The notes under the pieces: generated by a model
Databases searched by the model: none
What the model saw: the letters and a program-made list of their open reading frames with translations, nothing else
What the model was told of the DNA's origin: nothing
In this document: positions 26,278-35,390 of the stretch, piece after piece
Numbering within the stretch: the stretch's first letter is position 1
How the letters are laid out: the number at the start of each line of letters is the position of its first letter
DNA from: Patescibacteria group bacterium
GTDB lineage: Bacteria > Patescibacteriota > Minisyncoccia > UBA6257 > UBA9933
NCBI GenBank assembly: GCA_038057075.1
Contig: JBBUDV010000010.1
Location: forward strand, 14,417 to 60,417
DNA: 46,001 bases
Direction of reading: 5' to 3'
Translations under genes and position numbers: made by a program

Positions 26278-27531
26278 TCAGCGCGCAAAAGAATTTATTG
26301 ATTTCAGAGGAAGAGAGATTTCAAACTTAGTCACAAAACGAGATTTGTTATTATTTTCTCCAGTGTCGGCGCTTCGCGCTTCTATGTGGCCGCCGTGCGA
26401 CGTCATTACCGCGTAAACATTCGCCAATCCTAAGCCAGTGCCGTTGTATTTGGTGGTGAAAAACGGGGAAAAAATGTCTTTTAAGTCGTCTGGTTTTATT
26501 TTTTCTCCATTATTTGAAATTATAACTTGAAACAAATTCCGTTCCGGATAAAACTCTGTTTTTACCAAAATTTTTGACGCCTTGGCTTCAACCGCGTTTT
26601 TGATTATATCTTGGACAGACGCGCCGAAGTATCTTTTATCAAGATAAACAACGGCTTTATCAAGATGTTTTTCAAGCTCAAATGAAAATTCAATGTTTTT
26701 TTCTTTCATATTAAGCATTCCGATTGTTTCTTTCAAAAATCTATTGATGTTGTTTTTCTCGAGAACAATGCAATTTGGAATTCTACAAAATGTCATTATC
26801 TCGCTGATGAACTTTTCAAGTTCTAACGACTCTTTGAAAATTATTTTTATTTTCTCTTTGATTTTCTGACGATTGTTTTGATCGGGGATTATATTGAGGT
26901 CTTTGTCTATTTTTTCAAATATGTTTTGAGTAAAACCCCCAATTATTCCCAGTTTATTGCGGAATGTATGCGAAATCCCGGCAGTATGCTTTCCTAAGAC
27001 CGACATATTTTCCATATCTTTAATCCTTCCCAGTGTCTCCTCGTACTTAACCCGTCTCTCAAATTCCTTTCCTATAACCATGGCGCAAAATTTGGTGAGT
27101 TCCTTGATTTTTTTAAAGCAAAGATCGCCGTGTTTTTCAATCGTGTCAATAATCAAAATCCCAATATTAATGTCTTTGTAATACAGCGGCGCGTACAAAA
27201 TTGAATTTATTTTATAAACATCAATCAATCCTTTCATGTACGCGACGCGCAGGTCTTGGGCGGGATGAACGATTATCATCATTTTCTTATTGTTCATCAC
27301 CTGTTCCAAAAATCCTTTACCATACTCATAGGTAATTTCCGTTCCGATGCTGTGGCCTGTTTTGGGAACGCCGGCTCTGATGTAAAAATTTTCTTTTTCT
27401 CTGGCGATAAAACAAACCCGTTCGCATCCGGAAACTCCGGCAGCCAACTCCGCGGCAACATTCATCATCTCGCAAATATCATCGCTTAAAATCAACCTAA
27501 TCAATGCCTCAAAATCCAAATCATTTCCCAT
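26278..27531 (-). CDS. Cytoplasmic GAF-domain sensor histidine kinase
   Basis: GAF-like (SILYAPL..IGIL), H-box ISHTFRNKL, N-box IIKNAVEA, FFTTK..GTGLGL; SD AAGGAG before the ATG at 27531. Confidence 0.88.
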   Translation of the reverse strand: MGNDLDFEALIRLILSDDICEMMNVAAELAAGVSGCERVCFIAREKENFYIRAGVPKTGHSIGTEITYEYGKGFLEQVMNNKKMMIIVHPAQDLRVAYMKGLIDVYKINSILYAPLYYKDINIGILIIDTIEKHGDLCFKKIKELTKFCAMVIGKEFERRVKYEETLGRIKDMENMSVLGKHTAGISHTFRNKLGIIGGFTQNIFEKIDKDLNIIPDQNNRQKIKEKIKIIFKESLELEKFISEIMTFCRIPNCIVLEKNNINRFLKETIGMLNMKEKNIEFSFELEKHLDKAVVYLDKRYFGASVQDIIKNAVEAKASKILVKTEFYPERNLFQVIISNNGEKIKPDDLKDIFSPFFTTKYNGTGLGLANVYAVMTSHGGHIEARSADTGENNNKSRFVTKFEISLPLKSINSFAR

Positions 27532-27633
27532 GATTTTCTCCTTTTTTACTCCCACACCTATACATATTTAATTTTAAAGTGTTCTAATATAAAAAAAGCA
27601 CCTTTTCAGGCGCTTGTCAACCCCGTCATCTTT

Positions 27634-27675
27634 GGTCTCCGCGAGGCGTTAGATATCTAACGCCTCGCGGAGACC
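27634..27675. repeat. Perfect 42-bp loopless palindrome
   Basis: GGTCTCCGCGAGGCGTTAGAT|ATCTAACGCCTCGCGGAGACC. Confidence 0.92.
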
Positions 27676-27694
27676 TTAATTATTCCAATGTCGC

Positions 27695-29446
27695 TTATTC
27701 CTTTTCTTCTATTTCTTTTTTTATTTTTCCAACCAACTCTTCCAAAGAAATTTCTCCTTTTTGTCCTTCTTTATAATGACGGACGTTGACGGTTTTATTT
27801 TTAACCTCTTTGTCGCCGACAACCAATATGTATGGAATTTTTTGAATCTCCGCTTCGCGGATTCTTTTTCCAACCGTATCTTCGTTTAAAAACTCGGCGC
27901 GGATTCCCTCGGCTTTTAACAAATTAAAAATTTCTTCGGCGTATTTTTTATGCGTCTCTCCGACATTTATAATTGTCGTTTGAACAGGCGACAGCCATAA
28001 TAGAAGATGGCCGGCCGTTTTTTCCAAAAGAAGGGCAAAAAATCTTTCAAACGAGCCAAATATCGCGCGATGAATTATCACCGGCGGTTTTTCTTTGCCG
28101 TCCTTGTCAATATAGCTGAGATTGAATTTATCGGCCGAATAATAATCAACCTGAATTGTCGCAATAGTGTCTTCTTTACCATGGACGTTTTTAATTTGAA
28201 TGTCTATCTTAGGTCCATAGAACGTCGCTTCGCCGACCGCCTCGACAAATTTGAGATTTAATTTTTCCAAAACTTTCCTCAAAATATCCGCGCCGTCATC
28301 CCACATTTTTTTATTTTTAATGTCGCCGAATTTTTCCTTATTTTTGAAATCCGGAAGTGAAAGCCGATACCAATAATCGGAAATTTTAAAATCTTTAAAA
28401 ACTTTGTTATGTAAATTAAGAATGCTTTCAATTTCTTTCTCAAGGTGTTTCTGGCTCGCGTAGATGTGAGCGTCATTCTGAGTAAATCCTCGCGCCCTTA
28501 TCATGCCGCTCAAAACGCCTGACCTTTCAAAACGAAACACGTTTCCGAATTCGGCGATTCTCAAAGGCAAATCGCGATAACTCCTGATTTTATGGCTGTA
28601 AATAGAATGGTGGTGCGGACAATTCATCGGCCTCAAATAAAATTTCTCGCCCTCAATTTCTATCGGCGAATACATATCATCTTTGTAATGCGCCAAATGG
28701 CCGGACGTCTTATATAAATTTTCTTTTGCCAGAATCGGCGTTAAAACATGCTGATAGCCGTTCTCTTTTTCCAAATTATATATGTAATCTTCAAGCTGAC
28801 GGCGGATAAAATACCCTTTTGGCAGCCACAACGGCAAACCCTTGCCGATTTTTTCGTCAATCATAAACAAGTCCAATTTTTCTCCCAAAATTCTATGATC
28901 TCTTTTTTCAATTTCCTCTTGAAGTTTTAAATAATCGTCCAATTCTTGTTTGGTTTCAAAGGCGACGCCGTAAATTCTGGTAAGCATCGGATTTTTTTCG
29001 CTGCCGCGCCAATAAGCTCCCGCAATTCTTATTAGTTTAAAAGCGTCCGGGTTGATTTCTTTTGTTGACTTGACGTGCGGCCCCGCGCAAAGGTCGGTAA
29101 AGTCGCCGGATTTATAAATAGTAATGGGGTTTTTTGAAGTATTGAGTTCTTCAATAAGTTCCAGCTTATACGGCTGTTCGGAAAAAAATTTTTTGGCTTC
29201 CTCATACTTAATTTTCTCTTTCTTAAAAACCAAGCCCTCTTTAATAAATTCTTTAATTATTTTCTCAAGCTCCGGCAAATCCTTATCGGAAAAAATTTCC
29301 TTGCCAAAATTAAAATCGTAATAAAACCCGTTTTCAATAATCGGGCCGATGCCCAATTTCGCATAAGGATGCTTTTTCAAAACCGCCATTGCCAAAAGAT
29401 GAGCAAGTGAATGGCGAATCTTTTCAATTTGATTCCTTTTATCCAT
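27695..29446 (-). CDS. thrS: Threonine--tRNA ligase
   Basis: RHSLAHLLA, DLCAGPH, RDHR, RPMNCPHH, FTQNDAH, FYGPKID, IHRAIFGSFERF. Confidence 0.98.
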   Translation of the reverse strand: MDKRNQIEKIRHSLAHLLAMAVLKKHPYAKLGIGPIIENGFYYDFNFGKEIFSDKDLPELEKIIKEFIKEGLVFKKEKIKYEEAKKFFSEQPYKLELIEELNTSKNPITIYKSGDFTDLCAGPHVKSTKEINPDAFKLIRIAGAYWRGSEKNPMLTRIYGVAFETKQELDDYLKLQEEIEKRDHRILGEKLDLFMIDEKIGKGLPLWLPKGYFIRRQLEDYIYNLEKENGYQHVLTPILAKENLYKTSGHLAHYKDDMYSPIEIEGEKFYLRPMNCPHHHSIYSHKIRSYRDLPLRIAEFGNVFRFERSGVLSGMIRARGFTQNDAHIYASQKHLEKEIESILNLHNKVFKDFKISDYWYRLSLPDFKNKEKFGDIKNKKMWDDGADILRKVLEKLNLKFVEAVGEATFYGPKIDIQIKNVHGKEDTIATIQVDYYSADKFNLSYIDKDGKEKPPVIIHRAIFGSFERFFALLLEKTAGHLLLWLSPVQTTIINVGETHKKYAEEIFNLLKAEGIRAEFLNEDTVGKRIREAEIQKIPYILVVGDKEVKNKTVNVRHYKEGQKGEISLEELVGKIKKEIEEKE

Positions 29447-29507
29447 ATTACATTAAGATTAAACCAATAATCGCCCAGTTTCAAGAAAAATTAAATATAT
29501 AAATACT

Positions 29508-29549
29508 ATTTGTATACATTTCATACGATCGTAGAAAGTGTATACAAAT
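29508..29549. repeat. GTATACA-N7-CGATCG-N7-TGTATAC palindrome, copy 1
   Basis: ATTTGTATACA-TTTCATA-CGATCG-TAGAAAG-TGTATACAAAT; same architecture as 45561-45608. Confidence 0.8.
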
Positions 29550-29622
29550 TTAATCCATTACAAACAACAAACAAAAAGAAGTTTTTTACCTGTGACCAGC
29601 GGCTAATCGCCGGCGGCTGTAT

Positions 29623-32600
29623 TTAAATTAACTCTATAGCCCCCTGGCAAATAAATTTCGGTTCGCTGTCGCGCCAAGACAAGCGGCCTTCGGCGATTAA
29701 AATACTGTTCTCATGCCATAGCGCGGGATTGCGGGAAAGCGTATCCGTGAACACAATCATTTCCAATGTATCGTTAAAATCCTCAAGCCGAGCAAAAATC
29801 ATGGGCTGGCCGTTTTTAGTGACGATTTTTTGTATTTTAGTTATGACTCCCGCTATGCGGCAATTGCCGTTTCCATTTCCATTTTTATTGTTTGAATCGC
29901 TGTTCCCCAACAATTCTTTTATGGGTTTAACTCCGTTTGCGGTTAATTTATGGACATGCTCATTTAGCGGGTGGTCGGAAACGTAAATCCCCAACAATTC
30001 TTTTTCCCACAACAACTTGTCTTTTTTGGAAGCGGGAGAGGATGTTTTAAGATTCAAATGGTCAATGGCGAAACCGGCGCCGAACAAATTATTTTGCGAA
30101 ACCGCTTTGTCTTTTTTCGCGTTTTGGCTGAAACGCAAAATTTCATCTATGTTCGCCAAAAGTTTCCCGCGTTCAACGCTTAATGAATCGAAAGCTCCGC
30201 CTTTAATCAAACTCTCCATAGATTTTTTATTGACGTCTTTGTGGCGGACACGATTCAAAAAATCCTCAACAGATTGGAACGGGCCGCCGCGCTGGCGTTC
30301 ATCAATGACGGCGTTCACGACGTTTTCCCCGACGTTTTTTATCGCCAATAATCCAAAGCGAATATTGTTGTTTTCAGGAGTAAAACTAACGAAGCTTTGG
30401 TTTATGTCTGGCGCCAAAACGTTTATTTTCATTTTTTTGGCTTCGCTTATCAAAAATGACGCTCTCTCGGTGTCTCCGCTGTCGGCGTTAAAAAGCGAAG
30501 TTGTAAATTCAATCGGATAATGTGCTTTCAAATAAGCGGTTTGATAAGCGATTAAAGCGTAACAAGCCGCGTGCGAGCGATTAAAACCGTATTTGGCAAA
30601 CGGCGGGAATAATTCCCAAATTTCTTTGGCAATTTTTTCGTCAATTCCGTTTTTAATCATTCCCAATATCAATCTTTCTTTCTGGGCATCAAGAAGCTCT
30701 TTGATTTTTTTGCCGATAGCTTTGCGAAGAGTGTCGGCTTCGGCCAAAGTAAAGCCGCCCAAGTCGCGGGCGATTCTCATCATCTGCTCTTGATAAACGC
30801 CGATGCCGTAAGTCGATTTTAAAATCGGCTCAAGCTTCGAATGAATGTAAGAGACCTCTTCCAAACCGTGTTTCCTTTTAATGTAATGGGGAATAAGTTC
30901 CATTGGGCCCGGCCTATACAAAGAAACCATAACAATAATATCTTCAAATTCGTTCGGTTTTAATTCTTTTAGATAACGGCGCATTCCCGACGACTCCAAC
31001 TGGAATACGCCCGTTGTATCGCCTTTTTTTAAAAGTTCAAAAGTTTTTTTATCTTCAAGAGGAAGTTCGGAAATTTTAATGTCTTCGTTCCCGTTGTCTT
31101 TAATAAGTTTTAACGTCTCTTCTATAATCGTAAGGTTTTTAAGCCCCAAAAAATCCATTTTTAATAATCCCAAGTCCTCAATGCCGTGCATTTCTATCTG
31201 AGTAATCAAAGTATTGTCCCCTTGCGGAGCCCATTGCAAAGGAACGTAATTTATTAAGGGCTCCGGCGCGATAACGACGCCGCAGGCATGAACTGAAGCG
31301 TGTCTTGCGACTCCTTCCAGATGTTTTGCGGCGTCTATCAGTTTTTTAGCGTCGGGATTGGCATCGTATATTTGTTTCAATTCAGCGACTCCTTCCAATG
31401 ATTCGTTCAAATCCATATGGAAAGGAATCAGTTTGGCGATCTGGTCGCAAAGTCCATAAGTCAAACCCAGGGCCCTCCCCGCGTCGCGAATCGCGGCCCG
31501 CGCCGCCATTGTCCCAAAGGTGATGATTTGAGCGACTTTATCTTCGCCGTATTTTTGTTTTACATAACTAAAGACCTCGTCACGCCTGATGTCGGTAAAA
31601 TCTATGTCAATATCGGGCATCTGAATGCGGTCCGGATTTAAAAACCTTTCAAAAAGCAAATCGTATTTCAACGGGTCAATGTCCGTAATGCCCAAAATGT
31701 AAGAAACCAAACTGCCCGCGGCCGAACCCCGGCCCGGACCCACAACAATGCCGTGATTTTTCGCCCAACCGATTAAATCCTGAACAATCAAAAAATAATC
31801 GGCGAAGCCGGTTTTTTGGATAACTCCCATTTCGTAATCAAGCCGGTCTTTGATTTGTTGAGTGATTTCAGAAAATCTTTGCGGCAGTCGTTCGCTGACG
31901 ATTTTTTCAAGAAAGGAATTCGGGGTTTCGTTTTCGGGCAACGCGAATTTCGGCAAACGGTTTTTGCCGAGGTCTAATTTCACATTGCAGCGCTCCGCGA
32001 TTTTTACGGTATTTTCCACGGCTTCCGGTAAATCCTTAAACGCTTCCGCCATTTCTTCCCCGGGCTTTAAAGAAAAATCATCCACCTTCATGCTAAGCCG
32101 GCTGGCATCGTTAATCGTATTGCCGGTTTGAACAGCCAACAAAATATCATGATAGTCCGCGTCTTCCGGGCGGGCATAATGAATATCCTGGGTCGCCACC
32201 AACGGTATGTTTAATTTTTTTGCGAACGCGATAATCCCCTCATTGGCTTTCCCCACTACGTCAATTTTCGGATGAAAACCTATTTCCAAAAAGAAATTTT
32301 CTTTGCCGAAAATATCCTGGTATTCTTTTATCGTTTCTTCCGCTTTTTTTATTTGATTATTTAAAATCAACTGCGGAATTTCCGCGCCCACGCAGCCGGA
32401 AAGCGCGATTAATCCTTCGTGATGCTGTTTTAAAAGTTCCTTGTCCACTCTCGGCTTGTAATAAAATCCTTCAAGATGCGCCTTTGAAGAAAGCTGGATT
32501 AAATTTTTCCAGCCAATTTCGTTTTCACAAAGCAAAGTAAGGTGATGATAATTTTCTTTTTGTTTTCCGTTACTGTTGATATTTTCATCGTCGGAATGGT

Positions 32601-32856
32601 TTTGATTTTGCGTTTTGACAAGCTGCTTGTTATGCCTGCTGCCCAAAGCGACATACGCCTCCATGCCCAAAATCGGCTTGATGCCGGCCTTGATCGCTTT
32701 TTTATAAAATTCGATTGAGCCGTAAAGATTGCCGTGGTCGGTCAAAGCCAACGCATCCATCCCGAGTTCCTTGGCGCGGGTTATCAAATCGTCAATTTTA
32801 GCCAAACCGTCCAAAAGCGAATAATGAGAATGGGTGTGAAGGTGGACAAATTTCAT
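29623..32856 (-). CDS. dnaE: DNA polymerase III subunit alpha
   Basis: HLHTHSHYSLLDG, LTDHG, GRGSAAGS, FERFLNP.R..MPDIDIDF, YGFNRSH, C-terminal OB fold. Confidence 0.98.
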   Translation of the reverse strand: MKFVHLHTHSHYSLLDGLAKIDDLITRAKELGMDALALTDHGNLYGSIEFYKKAIKAGIKPILGMEAYVALGSRHNKQLVKTQNQNHSDDENINSNGKQKENYHHLTLLCENEIGWKNLIQLSSKAHLEGFYYKPRVDKELLKQHHEGLIALSGCVGAEIPQLILNNQIKKAEETIKEYQDIFGKENFFLEIGFHPKIDVVGKANEGIIAFAKKLNIPLVATQDIHYARPEDADYHDILLAVQTGNTINDASRLSMKVDDFSLKPGEEMAEAFKDLPEAVENTVKIAERCNVKLDLGKNRLPKFALPENETPNSFLEKIVSERLPQRFSEITQQIKDRLDYEMGVIQKTGFADYFLIVQDLIGWAKNHGIVVGPGRGSAAGSLVSYILGITDIDPLKYDLLFERFLNPDRIQMPDIDIDFTDIRRDEVFSYVKQKYGEDKVAQIITFGTMAARAAIRDAGRALGLTYGLCDQIAKLIPFHMDLNESLEGVAELKQIYDANPDAKKLIDAAKHLEGVARHASVHACGVVIAPEPLINYVPLQWAPQGDNTLITQIEMHGIEDLGLLKMDFLGLKNLTIIEETLKLIKDNGNEDIKISELPLEDKKTFELLKKGDTTGVFQLESSGMRRYLKELKPNEFEDIIVMVSLYRPGPMELIPHYIKRKHGLEEVSYIHSKLEPILKSTYGIGVYQEQMMRIARDLGGFTLAEADTLRKAIGKKIKELLDAQKERLILGMIKNGIDEKIAKEIWELFPPFAKYGFNRSHAACYALIAYQTAYLKAHYPIEFTTSLFNADSGDTERASFLISEAKKMKINVLAPDINQSFVSFTPENNNIRFGLLAIKNVGENVVNAVIDERQRGGPFQSVEDFLNRVRHKDVNKKSMESLIKGGAFDSLSVERGKLLANIDEILRFSQNAKKDKAVSQNNLFGAGFAIDHLNLKTSSPASKKDKLLWEKELLGIYVSDHPLNEHVHKLTANGVKPIKELLGNSDSNNKNGNGNGNCRIAGVITKIQKIVTKNGQPMIFARLEDFNDTLEMIVFTDTLSRNPALWHENSILIAEGRLSWRDSEPKFICQGAIELI

Positions 32857-32979
32857 AAAAATTTAATTTTTCATTCCCAGTATAAAATAAATTTTTCCAA
32901 ATGTCTCTATTGACAAACCGGGATAATCACTTATTATTTACCAAAACATTAAAAAGGTCGCTTTTTTAATTAAAAGTTT

Positions 32980-33165
32980 ATGAGTAAAACTTTGAAAATT
33001 TCAAATAAGAAAAGTTGGGGAGAGGGCTTTGATACCGAAGAAATAGCTGAAGGCGGGGACTCAAAAAAGGGGGTTGACGATTTCGGCGAAGAAAGCGATT
33101 CCCCGAGCAAAGACAAGGACAAGGAATTGGACGCTGAATGGAGCGAGGAAGACAATATAAGTTAA
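32980..33165 (+). CDS. Small highly acidic protein
   Basis: 61 aa, D/E-rich; TTGACA-N16-TATTAT upstream (32910-32937) and a GC hairpin downstream. Confidence 0.55.
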   Translation: MSKTLKISNKKSWGEGFDTEEIAEGGDSKKGVDDFGEESDSPSKDKDKELDAEWSEEDNIS

Positions 33166-33186
33166 AAAATGAAAGGTTGATTCTTC

Positions 33187-33220
33187 CCCCGCATAATTTA
33201 TTTATGCGGGGGATTTATTT
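33187..33220 (+). terminator. Intrinsic terminator
   Basis: CCCCGCATAA-TTTAT-TTATGCGGGG followed by a T-rich tail. Confidence 0.7.
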
Positions 33221-33257
33221 ATTGGTGATTTTTAACGCAAAAAGGTAAAATTAAAAA

Positions 33258-35384
33258 ATGGCAAAAAACAAAAAAATTTCTTTCTGGGCAAAATTAGGCG
33301 TTTCCACATTCTTGTTTTTAATCGGGCTTGGAGTTTTCGCTTTTTACAATTTGGCCAATCTCGCCAAAAATTTGCCCGACCCCCAGCAATCAATCAGCTG
33401 GCAGATGTCGCAGTCAACAAAAATTTACGACCGCACCGGGCAAGTCCTTCTTTATGAAATGAATAATCAGGGCAAAAGAACTGTTGTTTCTTTGAGCCAA
33501 ATACCCGATTATGCCAAAACAGCGACAATCGCGGTTGAAGACAAAGATTTTTATACACATTCGGCGCTTGATTGGCGCGGCATCGCGCGTTCAATAATTA
33601 AAAATTTAATAAGAGGCGGTTTTGCGCAGGGCGGTTCCACAATAACCCAACAACTTGCCAGAAACGCTTTTCTCACTCCGGAAAAAACAATCAGCAGAAA
33701 ATTGAAAGAAATTATTCTTTCGTATTGGATTGAAAAATATTATTCCAAAGACAAAATTCTGGAATTATATCTCAACCAAATCAGTTATGGAGCCGGCTCT
33801 TACGGGATTGAAGCGGCCAGCCAAGTTTATTTCGGAAAATCGGCCAAGGATTTGACGCTTCTTGAAGCCGCGATATTGGCCTCGATGCCGCAATCGCCGT
33901 CGTATTATTCCCCGTGGGGTCCGCACTTGGACGAATTACTAAAAAGAAAGGATTACGCTTTGGAACAAATGCGCAATCTCGGATTTATTGACGCCGAAGA
34001 ACGCGACAGAAACACGAAAGAGAAACCGCAGTTTGTTGAAAAAAATATCGGCAATATAAAAGCTCCGCATTTCGTGATGATGGTTAAGGACTACTTAATC
34101 AACAAATACGGCGAGGATTTGGTCAATAAAGGCGGTTTGAAGGCAATCACGACTCTTGACCTGAATCTTCAAAAAATCGCGGAAATGGCGGTTGTAAACG
34201 GCGCAAAAAGAAACAGCGAACTTTATAAAGGCAATAACGCGGCTTTGGTTGCCCAGGACCCTAAAACCGGCCAAATTCTGGCTTTGGTCGGGTCCGCGGA
34301 TTATTTTGACACGGCCAACGAGGGGAACTTCAACGTCGCGGTCCAGGGATTAAGACAGCCGGGGTCAGCCATAAAACCGCTTATTTACGTGACTGCTTTT
34401 AAAAAGGGCTATTCACCGGACACAGTTGTTTTTGACGCGCCTACTGAATTCTCCACAGACAGCCAAAAATGCCCTCTTATAAATATTAATTATTCAAAAG
34501 ATATGGAGAAAGAGTGCTACCATCCGCAGAATTTTGACCAGCAATTCCGCGGTCCGGTGAATTTAAGGAGCGCTTTGGCGCAGTCAATAAACATTCCGGC
34601 GGTGAAAATGCTTTATCTGGCCGGATTAAACGACGTGCTCCAAACCGCTCAGGACTTCGGAATCACCACATTAATTGACCCGAGCCGCTACGGACTTTCT
34701 CTGACTTTGGGCGGCGGAGAAATTAAACTTATTGAGTTAGTAGGGGCCTATTCGGTTTTCAGTCAAGAAGGCGTCAAACACCAGCAGAATTTTATTTTAG
34801 AAGTAAGCGATTATAACAACAACGTTTTGGAAAAATATCTGGACCGCGCGACTCAGGTGATTGAACCGCAATACACGCGACTCATAAACGACATTCTTTC
34901 CGACGCGGAAGCCAGAAAGCCGCTTTATCAGGCAAGTTTTAATCTGACTGTTTTTGACGGCAGAGACGTGGCTATGAAAACGGGGACCACAAACGACCAT
35001 AAAGACGCCTGGACAATCGGCTATTCTCCTTATCTTATCGCCGGGGTTTGGGCCGGAAACAACCATCAGGAGTCAATGCAAAAAAACGCCGGCAGTATTT
35101 TGGCGGCGTTGCCGATTTGGAACGAATTTATGAGTCAAGCCTTAAATAATTTCTCAAATGAAAGCTTTAATAAACCCGAACCCTTTTCAGAAATAAAACC
35201 CATGTTAAACGGCCAATACTTAATAGACAATCAAGTTCACGATATTTTGTATTTTGTTGATAAAAACGACCCATTGGGAGCGGCTCCTCAAAACCCTCAA
35301 AACGACCCGCAATTCAACAATTGGGATTTTCCGGTTCAGGTATGGGTGAAACAAAATTTACCTTTTATTAATCAAATACAATAA
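33258..35384 (+). CDS. Class A penicillin-binding protein (PBP1A family)
   Basis: EDKDFYTH, GGSTITQQL, RKLKE, YLN; transpeptidase SAIK, SIN, KTGT. Confidence 0.95.
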   Translation: MAKNKKISFWAKLGVSTFLFLIGLGVFAFYNLANLAKNLPDPQQSISWQMSQSTKIYDRTGQVLLYEMNNQGKRTVVSLSQIPDYAKTATIAVEDKDFYTHSALDWRGIARSIIKNLIRGGFAQGGSTITQQLARNAFLTPEKTISRKLKEIILSYWIEKYYSKDKILELYLNQISYGAGSYGIEAASQVYFGKSAKDLTLLEAAILASMPQSPSYYSPWGPHLDELLKRKDYALEQMRNLGFIDAEERDRNTKEKPQFVEKNIGNIKAPHFVMMVKDYLINKYGEDLVNKGGLKAITTLDLNLQKIAEMAVVNGAKRNSELYKGNNAALVAQDPKTGQILALVGSADYFDTANEGNFNVAVQGLRQPGSAIKPLIYVTAFKKGYSPDTVVFDAPTEFSTDSQKCPLININYSKDMEKECYHPQNFDQQFRGPVNLRSALAQSINIPAVKMLYLAGLNDVLQTAQDFGITTLIDPSRYGLSLTLGGGEIKLIELVGAYSVFSQEGVKHQQNFILEVSDYNNNVLEKYLDRATQVIEPQYTRLINDILSDAEARKPLYQASFNLTVFDGRDVAMKTGTTNDHKDAWTIGYSPYLIAGVWAGNNHQESMQKNAGSILAALPIWNEFMSQALNNFSNESFNKPEPFSEIKPMLNGQYLIDNQVHDILYFVDKNDPLGAAPQNPQNDPQFNNWDFPVQVWVKQNLPFINQIQ

Positions 35385-35390
35385 AAAGAG

